Source of the DNA: Nemertoderma westbladi
Taxonomy: Eukaryota; Animalia; Xenacoelomorpha
Length of the DNA: 38,326 nt
Reading direction: 5' to 3'
Assembly (NCBI GenBank): GCA_032718475.1
Contig: JAUCBJ010003243.1
Span: 1 to 38,326 of the forward strand
The notes below the pieces were generated by a model. The model was not told the origin of the DNA, made no database searches, and saw nothing but the letters and a program-made list of their open reading frames with translations. Each line of letters opens with the position of its first letter. The first letter of the stretch is position 1. Shown piece after piece: positions 22,201 through 33,524 of this stretch. Made by a program: the position numbers and the translations under genes.

Positions 22201-23540
22201 GGTTATGCTATAATTGCCTCAGATCAGGACACCAACGGCGAACCTGTTACTCCGACGTAAAGTGTGCAAAGTGTGGCGCGAAACATCACATCTTGTTACA
22301 CAGTGAGTTCGACCGAGACAACCCGAGTCAGGTAAGTGAGCCCGAACTACATGTCCAATTCAGTGATGTAAACGACACTGATCAAGAATCTGAGATGGAA
22401 GGATTCTATACTGACGAATTCTCCGACGCCAACGAATCCTGTTATCTAATCAATACCGCAGTGTATCGAGCACTTACTTATGAAAAGGACACCAACAATG
22501 AGTTTCCCCCAACTACTTTTGCCAAACAACCATCTTGGAAAGCTCCAACTTCCAACGTAGGAATCAGAGAATTTCCTGTAGTGCAGGTAAGAGTTCACGG
22601 TCCTAACAAAAGTTACATAGTGAACGCACTCCTTGACTCCGGCAGCACAGGAACATTCATCGATCAAGAACTAGCCGAAGATATCTTTGCTGGACAACCC
22701 AAATTCCGGACTAAATTGAATATGTCAGGAATTATGCAGGTTTGGAAATCTACCCTAACGGCAGATTACTATGTAGGTGTGTTGTCCACCCCCCAGGATA
22801 AATTACGAGCACAAGGTATAAGGTCGGTAAAAATGGTGGCTATAAAGAACTTCGCTACTACCCAAGCAGACCTTTATAATTATGACGAGGATGAGAGCAT
22901 CCAACATCTTAAGATACCTCGATTCCAGACAGATTATCCTGGAGTGCAAATACTCATCGGCCAAAATGCGCATGAGGCGCTCGAGACATTGGAGAAACGG
23001 CCTGCTCAACCGCAGCCACTACAAACCTATGCGGTAAGAACTAGAGTAGGTTGGTACTTCACTGGCCCTTCCCGTAGAACTCTCAAAGAGAGATTACCTC
23101 AACAACAGGTATACCAAGTAAAGGAATGGGAAGTGGAGAGCAGTGATGTGGACGATCCAACTGAGGGAACACCATACTCCTCAGATAATGACGATATTAA
23201 CTCCAATGTAGATCAATGGAGACATTGCCTTGGGACGATTAATCCAGCCGACATCGCTTCCAGAGGAGCAACTCCTCAAGAACTGATAGATACTCCAGGC
23301 TGGTTAGGTGGATCCGACTTCTTAAGTAAAGAAGAAGAAGAATGGCCTCCTCATCTTACCCCGGCGGAGATTAGACAGGCCAAGGGAGCGGAGAAAGTAA
23401 CACAACAACTCAATCGCCCAGCTAGTCGTTTATGTTTACTGGAAAGAGACCAAAAACTGTCCGGAAACTATGGAAGGCAAGATACTCTTCCTACGACCAC
23501 TTCCCTAATCCGACAAATATCTAGGGACTCCATAACGTAA
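19230..23540 (+). CDS. gag: BEL/Pao Gag-protease polyprotein with RT, most of RNase H and integrase deleted in frame
   Basis: DUF1759-like capsid region (KFNGDEMKWLPF..LSNGEKLRFLIKCLEGPP..WDTLNIRYG); BEL triple zinc knuckle CALCDGPHRLSAC / CYNCLRSGHQRRTC / CAKCGAKHHILLH; aspartic protease ALLDSGSTGTFI..ILIG..AVRTRVGWYFTGP; then RNase H tail QWRHCLGTINPADIASRG..W.GG.DFL..EEEWP and the pol C-terminal motif LNRPASRLCLLE. No YVDD RT or DDE integrase motifs seen. Confidence 0.93.
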   Translation: MLTTILIAVEEHQADWARSKRATQDNYAGYAREELMSIVESQWNFPGPGLPLDLSEATWEDIHRMGVTKDTMDPAVWKRSAAGYVQGFFGSLERLEEQLFRQPQGPQEQEELLYQVRERTLRIRLILSAFEETSKRRQDTSLQVAVKTWFQRVGLKVQETDQWKSQLSERLTYEEPTDATLSQVEGEETAERPRTRDAIDIYLSDYQRFLGDEELRRRLSGLSPNSEGTQRVLDSIDAEMLAANQAEFDEKLRLARVQEEQVKKRRIEDKKAVAAAKAAASVEEAKAAAAVEAAKAAAAVEEAKAVASAKAAEAVAEAKAAATVEAAKAAAAIALADAEQRASEETTQLELENLQETQDCINKQLTASQMQMRSRSTPKRQGYTSSEESETTDPEGGGNRSRLSRRRKTSHCHKLPNLPPAVRRQLTSADLGNTEPTEQIIRVKRLPTIVDEPEIIRPVVPKVTSVLETPVLPELNSKFPLHSTTLPVPGRTVHENIPVLEAEREIKDLSPVVPRQPATMLATPAAAVEWVEEGRRGMNLLLGQMQETVHQLKGTVREGRAELQEVQQSIALERDKLVNIQKGIPIPPVTLCQPVRSEVLHAQGVEPTRIYTASEVETPIANPIKGDYRPVINDIPYRPDNDPRNLYTDNSILNNTMAQESFTRQMARTEARQAVKVGEIVKFNGDEMKWLPFNEYYKDSIQNSVLSNGEKLRFLIKCLEGPPKLMALKFIGHPEGLRQVWDTLNIRYGNKDNIAKYLYAKLVAPRNFLSSGIIEFSDEIQEICRQLDWLGKSHEYQSSMVIGAVVSTLPKGGVCTRWDKKVLYMNEQQRRSPTMADLMSFLDSEVKLQLIKQSREKTSENKVSEKPVSRRRIIPVCYTDDGESQASQEEDSGKDTAKSYYDNKTYKDVSKYKSRTSDRREQVTTTPPTSPKRIHGRKPEERMRVHNVTQGKVSNIKPKCALCDGPHRLSACAEFLKKSLVDRRAVLWNKRLCYNCLRSGHQRRTCYSDVKCAKCGAKHHILLHSEFDRDNPSQVSEPELHVQFSDVNDTDQESEMEGFYTDEFSDANESCYLINTAVYRALTYEKDTNNEFPPTTFAKQPSWKAPTSNVGIREFPVVQVRVHGPNKSYIVNALLDSGSTGTFIDQELAEDIFAGQPKFRTKLNMSGIMQVWKSTLTADYYVGVLSTPQDKLRAQGIRSVKMVAIKNFATTQADLYNYDEDESIQHLKIPRFQTDYPGVQILIGQNAHEALETLEKRPAQPQPLQTYAVRTRVGWYFTGPSRRTLKERLPQQQVYQVKEWEVESSDVDDPTEGTPYSSDNDDINSNVDQWRHCLGTINPADIASRGATPQELIDTPGWLGGSDFLSKEEEEWPPHLTPAEIRQAKGAEKVTQQLNRPASRLCLLERDQKLSGNYGRQDTLPTTTSLIRQISRDSIT

Positions 23541-25156
23541 TAACATATGGAGTGGGCGTGTGACTATATCATTTTATATTTGTTTTTATTTTATATTTAT
23601 GTATGTATTATTATGTAATTTTATTATAATCGTTTTCTTTAATTTTATTTAGTAGAATGTTATTTTAGTGTTTATTTAGTAGATTAGTGCAATATATTAG
23701 TGTTTATTACGTATGTAATTACTTATAATATATATTTAGTGCGACGGCGAGAAATAATTTTTTCTCTCTCCTTACTGTCCGTATCATATTATAAATACGT
23801 GACTACAGTAAGATGAAATGTCCGTACTTCTTAAAGTACAATAAAGCCACTACTATATTCAAGTATTATTGGTAGGCAGAGTATTAGGAATGCAAAGTTC
23901 AGATCCTCGTGTCTCGGCTAAACCAAGCTCTGGGTAGACCTTGGAAACGACTTGCCTCTTCACACTGACATTGCTTCGTGCGATATTGCTCTTCTACCTT
24001 ATATTAAATAATACATATAGTAGCGTGATGTCCCTCTAACAGTAGCGTAAAACGCAAATAAATCTGTTAAAACTTTTGACCATCTGTAATTCTAGTCGAT
24101 TAAGATATCGCGGCACCCACCGATATACTTGAAAGACAAATTCTAGAATCAGTGGTTAACGTCCCCAGACAAGCTCTGGAATAAATCGGTGCCCATCTTA
24201 AATATTAATTTAATATTTAGTAAAATCTGTAAAATTCAGATCCTTTAAATTTCTAGTCAATTAAGATATCACAGCACTTACCGATACTCTTAAAGGACAA
24301 TTGTCATAGAATTAAGGATCCTATGCCCCCAGACCTGCTCTGGAATCAAATTGTGTCAATTTTAACATCAAATAATAAAATTCACGGGAATAAATTTAAA
24401 TTCATATTTTAAATGAATTTCATAAATTGTCATTTTGTGCAATTTATAACATTCCCAAAATTCCATTAATTAATAGATCATGGGAGCGGAGATTCATCCT
24501 ATTGAGTGTATTAGAGTGCGAGAATCTCCAACATATAGTCAATAGCCGATAAAATTAATAAAATCATGCATAAAGAGGATATTGACAATTAAAGAATTAT
24601 TATTAAATAGCATCCCAGATCTGTATGCATGAGAATTACCCTAATTCTATCGCTAGCATTCCATAATGTCACCATAGCAACACCCACGCTAGAATTAGAA
24701 GCAAGTTAAAAGAACAATAGAAAGCTTCTCCCATTGCCTAGCATAGAGAATACATAGCACACTGTTAGTATCCAAAGATACCCAGTAATAACGTGACATT
24801 CTGGAAGGCACTGACTAACGGACAAATGACCTGTATGTGTACAATTGGTGACAATTTGTGCGTTTATAGGTGAATGTTACTGCTAAAGTATGTTTACAGT
24901 AGCTAGTCGCAATTGTGAAAGTAGCCCAACTCTCCTATAGAAAGAACCTAAAGTGGATTCAAGCCTTTGGGACGGACAGTGGAGTGACTTGTGCCGGTTA
25001 TCGTTGTCGTGATGTTGCTACATGTTGGCGTAAACACCGCGACGACGGTACATCGGCGCTGAGAATCCCACTGTCCGGGGTGAAGAGAGGTAGGCAGCGA
25101 CGCCCGCTCGCCTAAACATAAACTCATTACAATATTAATAAACTCAGATAGCAGAT

Positions 25157-26149
25157 ATGACGGAGTTGATAGAAGATGATCTTGGTATCAGGGAGCGATA
25201 TACTCTACCTTTACAAGCATTTGTGGATAGCTTGATACGCGATGAAGCCGATCCAACCATTACGGAGGACGATGGTCGTTATATCGAACCGCCGATGTCC
25301 CAAGAGCAACTTACGCGTGAATTGGACTATCGAAAATTCACCGCTCGCTATACGCATCGTAAGGGTACGTATATGGACTTCCTAACTACCGGCCATCCTA
25401 TCGATTTACATGATACGGACGATGTAGACACCGAAAGGGAAATGGTTCTATTTAAATATCATACCCAGCGGAGTCGTAACGATAAACCGAAAATAGATCA
25501 CGAAAATTCTATTCGTAACAGACTGGGAAGACGAACCAATATGCCTAGAATCTGAGGAGATTCAGCCTATCGCGCCCGGAACAGCGACAACGATTACATC
25601 CTAGAATGGTATCAAGGTCCACAGTGTCTCACTGCGTACGATTATCGCCATGCCAACTATGTTTCTCGGCAACGTTGTCGGTTATGCGCATCGAGAGACC
25701 ATGTTACGCCCATGGACACAAACGTCCGCTGTTCCTATTTCCACGAACAACCGGCGATGGAAATTTATTGCGCGTATTGCAGACTCAATAACTTGCACAT
25801 TTTTGCGGTTTGCCCTCAATTTATGACTCAATGCCACCGTTGTCGGCTAAAGGGACACGCCAGTTTCGATTGCCCTTTTAATCACGATTTAGAAAGCGTA
25901 GATGAAATGATCACACCACGTTACATCAGAGCTTGGGAAGCGAACGCTGATTTACATTGTGATTCGCGCCATCGCTATTATCCTGGACGCGCTTACGAAG
26001 GAGTTTATGCGTTCCATCCTTATCTATTCGCTTCTGTCGAACAGAAATCACGCATATCGAGTTACGAACTACTGAAGCGCGTCGGAGAATGTATTTCAAC
26101 CAAGTTCGTACGCAAATTTCTCAGGAGTGTTAATCCTAGCGACCTTTAA
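25157..26149 (+). CDS. Accessory ORF, part 1: ~330-codon frame with three CCHC-like zinc fingers, broken by one TGA at 25553
   Basis: Track ORFs 25157-25555 and 25712-26149 share a frame and the gap is open (GDSAYRARNSDNDYILEWYQGPQCLTAYDYRHANYVSRQRCRLCASRDHVTP). Motifs CRLCASRDH..C, CAYCRLNNLHIFAVC, CHRCRLKGHASFDC. Confidence 0.72.
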
Positions 26150-26201
26150 CTTTTTTTTTTAACCTTTTGCGACCTATAACTTAATCAATTATATCCATCA
26201 G

Positions 26202-26627
26202 GATCCGGACTATGGAGACTTATTTGTTAACTCACACCCCGAGTTACAGAAAGTATATCGACGGCCTTACGAATACCGAGCCCGCGAACGCGAGTTGGAA
26301 AGAACCGTTAAACCCCGGAGGTTTCGAACTGCCTATGGTCCACCCACGGCTCTCATTCAGACCACTCGTAAAGGACCCGTAAGAGCGGCTGTCTTAAAAC
26401 GAGCTCTCAAAGCCGTTAGACCCCTCTCCCCCGACGTTGATGTCAATCAACCCGGTACTTCGACTGGCGGATACACCGACCATAATCCTACACCCTCTGA
26501 TGCAATCATATTGCACCCTTCACCCAGGAGTTATAGCCCTCCTTGTAAAGTGGCTCGCCCCAAAGAGAAAAAGACTCTGGCTAGCTTTAAAAAACTGCGT
26601 AAACGCCGTCCGCGTAAGAAAGACTAA
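26202..26627 (+). CDS. Accessory ORF, part 2 (putative second exon): basic, Pro/Ser-rich, with C-terminal NLS-like tail
   Basis: Open frame after acceptor TTATATCCATCAG| (26201): DPDYGDLFVNSHPELQKVYRRPYEYRARERELERT...SFKKLRKRRPRKKD*; phase-0 donor candidate TTC|GTACGC at 26107/26108. Confidence 0.55.
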   Translation, partial: DPDYGDLFVNSHPELQKVYRRPYEYRARERELERTVKPRRFRTAYGPPTALIQTTRKGPVRAAVLKRALKAVRPLSPDVDVNQPGTSTGGYTDHNPTPSDAIILHPSPRSYSPPCKVARPKEKKTLASFKKLRKRRPRKKD

Positions 26628-26697
26628 CTGTTTAGAGTATTTACGTATATTAGAAACTGTGATTTTGTATATTTTATAGACTCAAATCCCATTTTCT

Positions 26698-26705
26698 GGG
26701 AGCGG
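26698..26705 (+). other. Polypurine-tract-like plus-strand primer site
   Basis: GGGAGCGG immediately precedes the TG of the 3' LTR. Confidence 0.65.
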
Positions 26706-27947
26706 TGTAAAAGCTTCTGTGGGATATAACTGGCCCTTTTGCTTTGCAATCCAGTTTCCCCCCAGGCGCTGGAATACTCTAAAAAGCTCTATAACTATAT
26801 ATATATCCCCCTCGCCCGCAAGGTACCGTTATAGGTGTTTTAACGGACATAAACGTCATTCTTCTATATGTGTGCTTTGGCGGACATGGTAAGGCAAAAA
26901 ACCCGCAATGCACCAAATACCCTGGCACAGCTTAGCCTTGATGATTCAGATTACGACATCTAACAGCTGGTTGCTGACATGGAAACGGCCATTGGACACA
27001 TGGTTCTTTGTTTAGCTTAAGCCAATCAGAGCGATTTTTTCTGTCGATGTGGAGATATTTAGCAGATCATGCTAGTAGTGTTGAGTCTTACTGGTTTTTC
27101 TTGTTACTGTTGTGTTGTTTTTATCTAGGCCAGGAACACCGGCTCTAGAGTCAACTCGTTTTCATACTTTAGAAGAAACATTAGCAGGCTTAAATTATAG
27201 AGCGTATAACTGTTATCTTCACTTATCTCAATTCATTCTTACATTATCGGTTCAACATACATTATTATACTGCTGTTTACTGTTGTGTTTTGGTTGAATA
27301 TTATTTGGAGAACATATATAAAGAACCCAAATTTCCCAATTTTCTTGATACACTACAGGTTAGAGAGACGGGTTATATATAGCGTTTGCGACTTATATTA
27401 TTGTGTTTGTAGTGAATTTAATGCTATTTGATAAGCACTACATGAGTCAGTTGCTGTTCTCTTTATATATGATAAAATTCATTGACGGTCGGCAAATTAG
27501 TGAGCAGTATTGTGTGTTACCGGTAGTGTGCATGATTGTGACTGATAACTAAGCATTTCCTAAAGAATGCGCTTCATACGTGAATCATAAGCCTTACCGA
27601 CTTGCCGTTGTGATTAGTATAAGTCATATCTCTGTTTACCTAGATAGAGCGCCACGTCCTAAAGGAACTGTTAATATTTCCCGAAAGTGAATAATATTAG
27701 TCAGAAATTATTTATTAACGATCAATCGAATAATACAGTAAGCTTACACTGCAATAATAATCTAAGCCCTCAGAATCCAGTCTCCCGGGTATATCCAGCG
27801 GGTGAATGGACGCGCACTAGGCTGGCTTCTGCTAATGTTGTGTTTATTGGTATTAAATATTTGTCAACTTCTAAAGTCTATTTGTAAACCAAAAGACATA
27901 TAAATTTTGGCAGGTTAAACTGCTAAAGGTCTTCAAAAGCGCGTACA
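26706..27947 (+). repeat. 3' LTR
   Basis: TGTAAAAGCTTC...GCGTACA, direct repeat of 15385-16627. Confidence 0.96.
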
Positions 27948-28081
27948 TATATTTATAATAATATTTGAAATTTGATTAATATATTTAACTTGCTCCAACC
28001 CAGAATCTTTCATCGAATATAACTGACATCTCAAACTTTCTTATAGTTAATCAAAAATTACGTATTATAGCAAGGATAAAC

Positions 28082-28822
28082 GGACAATAGGCGGGACAAT
28101 AGGCGGGGCAATAGGCGGGACAATAGGCGGGACAATAGGCAGGACGATGGGCGGGACAATACGCGGGACAATAGGCGGGACAATATGCGGGGCAATAGGC
28201 GGGACAATAGGCGGAACAATAGGCGGGACAACAGGCGGGACAATAGGTGGTACAATAGGCGGGACAATAGGAGGGAAAATAGGCGGGACAATAGGCGGGA
28301 CAATAGGCGGGACAATAGGCGGGACAATAGGGGGGACAATAGGCGGGACAATAGGCGGGACAATAGGAGGGACAATAGGCGGGACAATAGGCGGGACAAT
28401 AGGCGGGACAATAGGCGGGACAATAGGCGGGGCAATAGGTGGGACAATAGGCGGGACAATAGGCGGGACAATAGGCGGGACAATAGGCGGGACAACAGGC
28501 GGGACAATAGGTGGGACAATAGGCGGGACAATAGGAGGGACAATAGGCGGGACAATAGGCGGGACAATAGGCGGGACAATAGGCGGGACAATAGGCGGGA
28601 CAACAGGAGGGACAATAGGCGGGACAATAGGCGGGACAATAGGCGGGACAATAGGCGGGACAATAGGCGGGACAATAGGCGGGACAATAGGCGGGACAAT
28701 AGGGGGGACAATAGGCGGGACAATAGGCGGGACAATAGGAGGGACAATGGGCGGGACAATAGGCGGGACAATAGGCGGGACAATAGGCGGGACAATAGGC
28801 GGGGCAATAGGTGGGGCAATAG
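28082..28822. repeat. 12-bp tandem repeat (GGGACAATAGGC)n, ~62 copies
   Basis: Direct reading; the GGTI / PPIV / RRDN / LLSR ORFs are by-products of the repeat. Confidence 0.97.
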
Positions 28823-28899
28823 GATGGTTAAAATTATAGAAATAAGTTATTTGCATTATTTCTGAACCGAAGTATGAAGCTGAAATACTATATCTCACT

Positions 28900-31800
28900 G
28901 ATACTGTATACTGTTAATATAAACAACTACTGTACCCGCGATACTGTATACTGTTAATATAAACAACTACCCGCGATAGTGTATACTGTTAATATAAACA
29001 ACTACCCGCGATACTGTATACTGTTAATATAAACAACTACACGCGATACAGTATACTGTTAATATAAACAACTACCCGCGATACTGTATACTGTTACTAC
29101 AAACAACTACCCGCGATACTGTATACTGTTAATATAAACAACTACCCGCGATACTGTATACTGTTAATATAAACAACTACCCGCGATACTGTATACTGTT
29201 AATATAAACAACTACCCGCGATACTGTATACTGTTAATATAAACAACTACCCGCGATACTGTATACTCTTACTACAAACAACTACCCGCGATACTGTATA
29301 CTGTTAATATAAACAACTACCCGCGATACTGTATACTGTTACTACAAACAACTACCCACAATACTGTTAATATAAACAACTACCCGCGATACTGTATACT
29401 GTTAATATAAACAACTACCCGCGATACTGTATACTGTTACTACAAACAACTACCCGCGATACTGTTAATATAAACAACTACCCACGATACTGTATACTGT
29501 TAATATAAACAACTACCCGCGATACTGTAAACTGTTACTACAAACAACTACCCGCGATACTGTATACTGTTAATATAAACAACTACACGCAATACTGTAT
29601 ACTGTTAATATAAACAACTACCCGCGATACTGTATACTATTAATAAAAACAACTACCCGCGATACTGTATACTGTTAATATAAACAACTACCCGCGATAC
29701 TGTATACTGTTAATATAAACAACTACCTGCGATACTGTATACTGTTACTACAAACAACTACCCGCGATACTGTATACTGTTAATATAAACAACTACCCGC
29801 GATACTGTATACTATTAATATAAACAACTACCCGCGATACTGTATACTGTTAATATAAACAACTACCCGCGATACTGTATACTGTTAATATAAACAACTA
29901 CCCGCGATACTGTTAATATAAACAACTACCCGCGATACTGTATACTGTTAATATAAACAACTACCTGCGATACTGTATACTGTTAATATAAACAACTACC
30001 CGCGATACGGTATACTGTTAATATAAACAACTACCAGCGATACTGTATACTGTTAATATAAACAACTACCCATGATACTGTATACTGTTAATATAAACAA
30101 CTACCCGCGATACTGTAAACTGTTAATATAAACAACTACCCGCGATACTGTATACTGTTAATATAAACAACTACCCGCGATACTGTATACTGTTAATATA
30201 AACAACTACCCGCGATACTGTATACTGTTAATATAAACAACTACCCGCGATACTGTATACTGTTAATATAAACAACTACCCGCGATACTGTATACTGTTA
30301 ATATAAACAACTACCCGCGATACTGTTAATATAAACAACTACCCGCGATACTGTATACTGTTAATATAAACAACTACCCATGATACTGTATACTGTTAAT
30401 ATAAACAACTACCCATGATACTGTATACTGTTAATATAAACAACTACCTGCGATACTGTATACTGTTAATATAAACAACTACCCGCGATACGGTATACTG
30501 TTAATATAAACAACTACCAGCGATACTGTATACTGTTAATATAAACAACTACCCATGATACTGTATGCTATTAATATAAACAACTACCCGCGATACTGTA
30601 TACTGTTAATATAAACAACTAAGCGCGATACTGTATACTGTTAATATAAACAACTACCCGCGATACTGTATACTGTTAATATAAACAACTACCCGCGATA
30701 CTGTATACTGTTAATATAAACAACTACCTGCGATACTGTATACTGTTAATATAAACAACTACCCGCGATACTGTATACTGTTAATATAAACAACTACCCG
30801 CGATACTGTATACTGTTAATATAAACAACTACCCGCGATACTGTATACTGTTAATATAAGCAACTACCCGCGATACTGTATACTGTTAATATAAACAACT
30901 ACCCGCGATACTGTATACTGTTAATATAAACAACTACCCGCGATACTGTATACTGTTAATATAAACAACTACCCGCGATACTGTATACTGTTAATATAAA
31001 CAACTACCCGCGATACTGTATACTGTTAATATAAACAACTACCCGCGATACTGTATACTGTTAATATAAACAACTACCCGCGATACTGTATACTGTTAAT
31101 ATAAACAACTACCCGCGATACTGTATACTGTTAATATAAACAACTACCCGCGATACTGTAAACTGTTAATATAAACAACTACCCGCGATACTGTATACTG
31201 TTAATATAAACAACTACGCGCGATACTGTATACTGTTAATATAAACAACTACCTGCGATACTGTATACTGTTAATATAAACAACTACCCGCGATACTGTA
31301 TACTGTTAATATAAACAACTACCCGCGATACTGTATACTGTTAATATAAACAACTACCCGCGATACTGTATACTGTTAATATAAACAACTACCCGCGATA
31401 CTGTATACTGTTAATATAAACAAACTACCCGCGATACTGTATACTGTTAATATAAACAACTACCCGCGATACTGTATACTGTTAATATAAACAACTACCC
31501 GCGATACTGTATACTGTTAATATAAACAACTACCCGCGATACTGTATACTGTTAATATAAACAACTACCCGCGATACTGTATACTGTTAATATAAACAAC
31601 TACCCGCGATACTGTATACTGTTAATATAAACAACTACCCGCGATACTGTATACTGTTAATATAAACAACTACCCGCGATACTGTATACTGTTAATATAA
31701 ACAACTACCCGCGATACTGTATACTGTTAATATAAACAACTACCCGCGATACTGTATACTGTTAATATAAACAACTACCCGCGATACTGTTAATATAAAC

Positions 31801-32841
31801 AACTACCCGCGATACTGTATACTGTTAATATAAACAACTACCTGCGATATTGTATACTGTTAATATAAACAACTACCCGCGATACGGTATACTGTTAATA
31901 TAAACAACTACCAGCGATACTGTATACTGTTAATATAAACAACTACCCGCGATACTGTATACTGTTAATATAAACAACTACCCATGATACTGTATATTGT
32001 TAATATAAACAACTACCCGCGATACTGTATACTGTTAATATAAACAACTACCCGCGATACTGTATACTGTTAATATAAACAACTACCCGCGATACTGTAT
32101 ACTGTTAATATAAACAACCACCCGCGATACTGTATACTGTTAATATAAACAACTACCCGCGATACTGTTAATATAAACAACTACCCGCGATACTGTATAC
32201 TGTTAATATAAACAACTACCCGCGATACTGTATACTGTTAATATAAACAACTACCCGCGATACTGTATACTGTTAATATAAACAACTACCCGCGATACTG
32301 TATACTGTTAATATAAACAACTACCCGCGATACTGTATACTGTTAATATAAACAACTACCCGCGATACTGTTAATATAAACAACTACCCGCGATACTGTA
32401 TACTGTTAATATAAACAACTACCCGCGATACTGTTAATATAAACAACTACCCGCGATACTGTATACTGTTAATATAAACAACTACCCGCGATACTGTTAA
32501 TATAAACAACTACCCGCGATACTGTATACTGTTAATATAAACAACTACCCGCGATACTGTTAATATAAACAACTACCCGCGATACTGTATACTGTTAATA
32601 TAAACAACTACCCGCGATACTGTTAATATAAACAACTACCCGCGATACTGTATACTGTTAATATAAACAACTACCCGCGATACTGTTAATATAAACAACT
32701 ACCCGCGATACTGTATACTGTTAATATAAACAACTACCCGCGATACTGTTAATATAAACAACTACCCGCGATACTGTATACTGTTAATATAAACAACTAC
32801 CCGCGATACTGTATACTGTTAATATAAACAACTACCCGCGA
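28900..32841. repeat. 35-bp minisatellite (GATACTGTATACTGTTAATATAAACAACTACCCGC)n, ~115 units, with 28-bp deletion variants
   Basis: Direct reading; head-to-tail units with no unique spacers. Confidence 0.97.
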
Positions 32842-33077
32842 GATGTGGTCGAGAATAGTCTCCAACACTCCGCCAGCTCCAACAGTAGCACCCAAACCTA
32901 CTGACGATACTGACTGTGTTATACGATTTGTACCAACAGTCTCTAAAGCTATAAAAACAATCCTTGATCAGATTGGATTGCACACATTTAATTTCGAACG
33001 TAGGACTCGGTCAAATATATTGGACCAGACGAACTACCAATTTAAACTTCGGTCTAATAGCAGTCAATAGTGCTGGT

Positions 33078-33410
33078 TTACAAGGCTGAGATACTGTAAC
33101 CCCCAGTTATGACTCTCCTTAGGCTGATATGACTCCCCTTAGGCTGAGATGACTCCCATTAGGCTGATATGACTCTCCTAATTGAGTTATATTTCATATC
33201 CGTACCTGTGCTATTTCCGTATATTGCAAAAATTAAACTGTTACCTATGTTAATGAGTTGTCGTTTATTGTTTTGGTTAGAAAAGCCTGCCATTGTAACC
33301 TGCTCCTTTCCGTTAATTAAGAAATCTAGGAAGAAAACTGGGGGTGTTCTCCGCCTAGACTGAGAAGACTGGGGAGTCATATTTGGTGGGGAGTTATCTC
33401 AGCCTGTTAC
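33078..33410. mobile_element. Small MITE-like element with imperfect TIRs and internal 20-bp repeats
   Basis: ACAAGGCTGAGATA... at ~33080 versus ...TATCTCAGCCTGT at ~33395-33407; TTAGGCTGA(T/G)ATGACTCCC x3 versus inverted GGGGAGTCATAT. Confidence 0.6.
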
Positions 33411-33524
33411 ATCGGACGAACTACCAATTAAGGGGGGGGGGGGGGGGGGGGGGGGGGTACAACATTTTCGGACAACTCTTCGATTTATCACTCTCAGCGT
33501 TTCAAAATTGTTTGGTTTTGGCTA

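Larger units (their letters stand above)
15385..27947 (+). mobile_element. Full-length, recently inserted, non-autonomous BEL/Pao LTR retrotransposon (12.56 kb)
   Basis: Two ~1243-bp LTRs differing at only about 7 positions; 5-bp TSD TATAT (15380-15384, 27948-27952); TGTA...TACA termini (5' LTR begins TC); BEL-type gag and protease; purine-rich tract before the 3' LTR. Confidence 0.95.
15116..28015. mobile_element. ~330-bp MITE with ~70-bp imperfect TIRs, interrupted by the LTR retrotransposon
   Basis: 15116-15189 (CGATGAAAAATTCTGGGTTGGAGCAAGTTAAATATTATTAATCAAATT...) is the imperfect reverse complement of 15376-15384 joined to 27953-28015. Confidence 0.8.

Noticed and set aside
24629-24875. 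Env remnant (MRITLILSLAF... signal-like start, Cys-containing short frames)
   Set aside because: Frames are under ~40 codons with many stops; no fusion-protein or TM motif recognisable.
28058-28898. Four overlapping ORFs (PPIV, GGTI, RRDN, LLSR repeats)
   Set aside because: By-products of a 12-bp repeat lacking stops; no unique coding context.
28900-32841. CRISPR array (35-bp repeat length is CRISPR-like)
   Set aside because: Units are head-to-tail with no unique spacers, no cas genes, and the context is eukaryotic.
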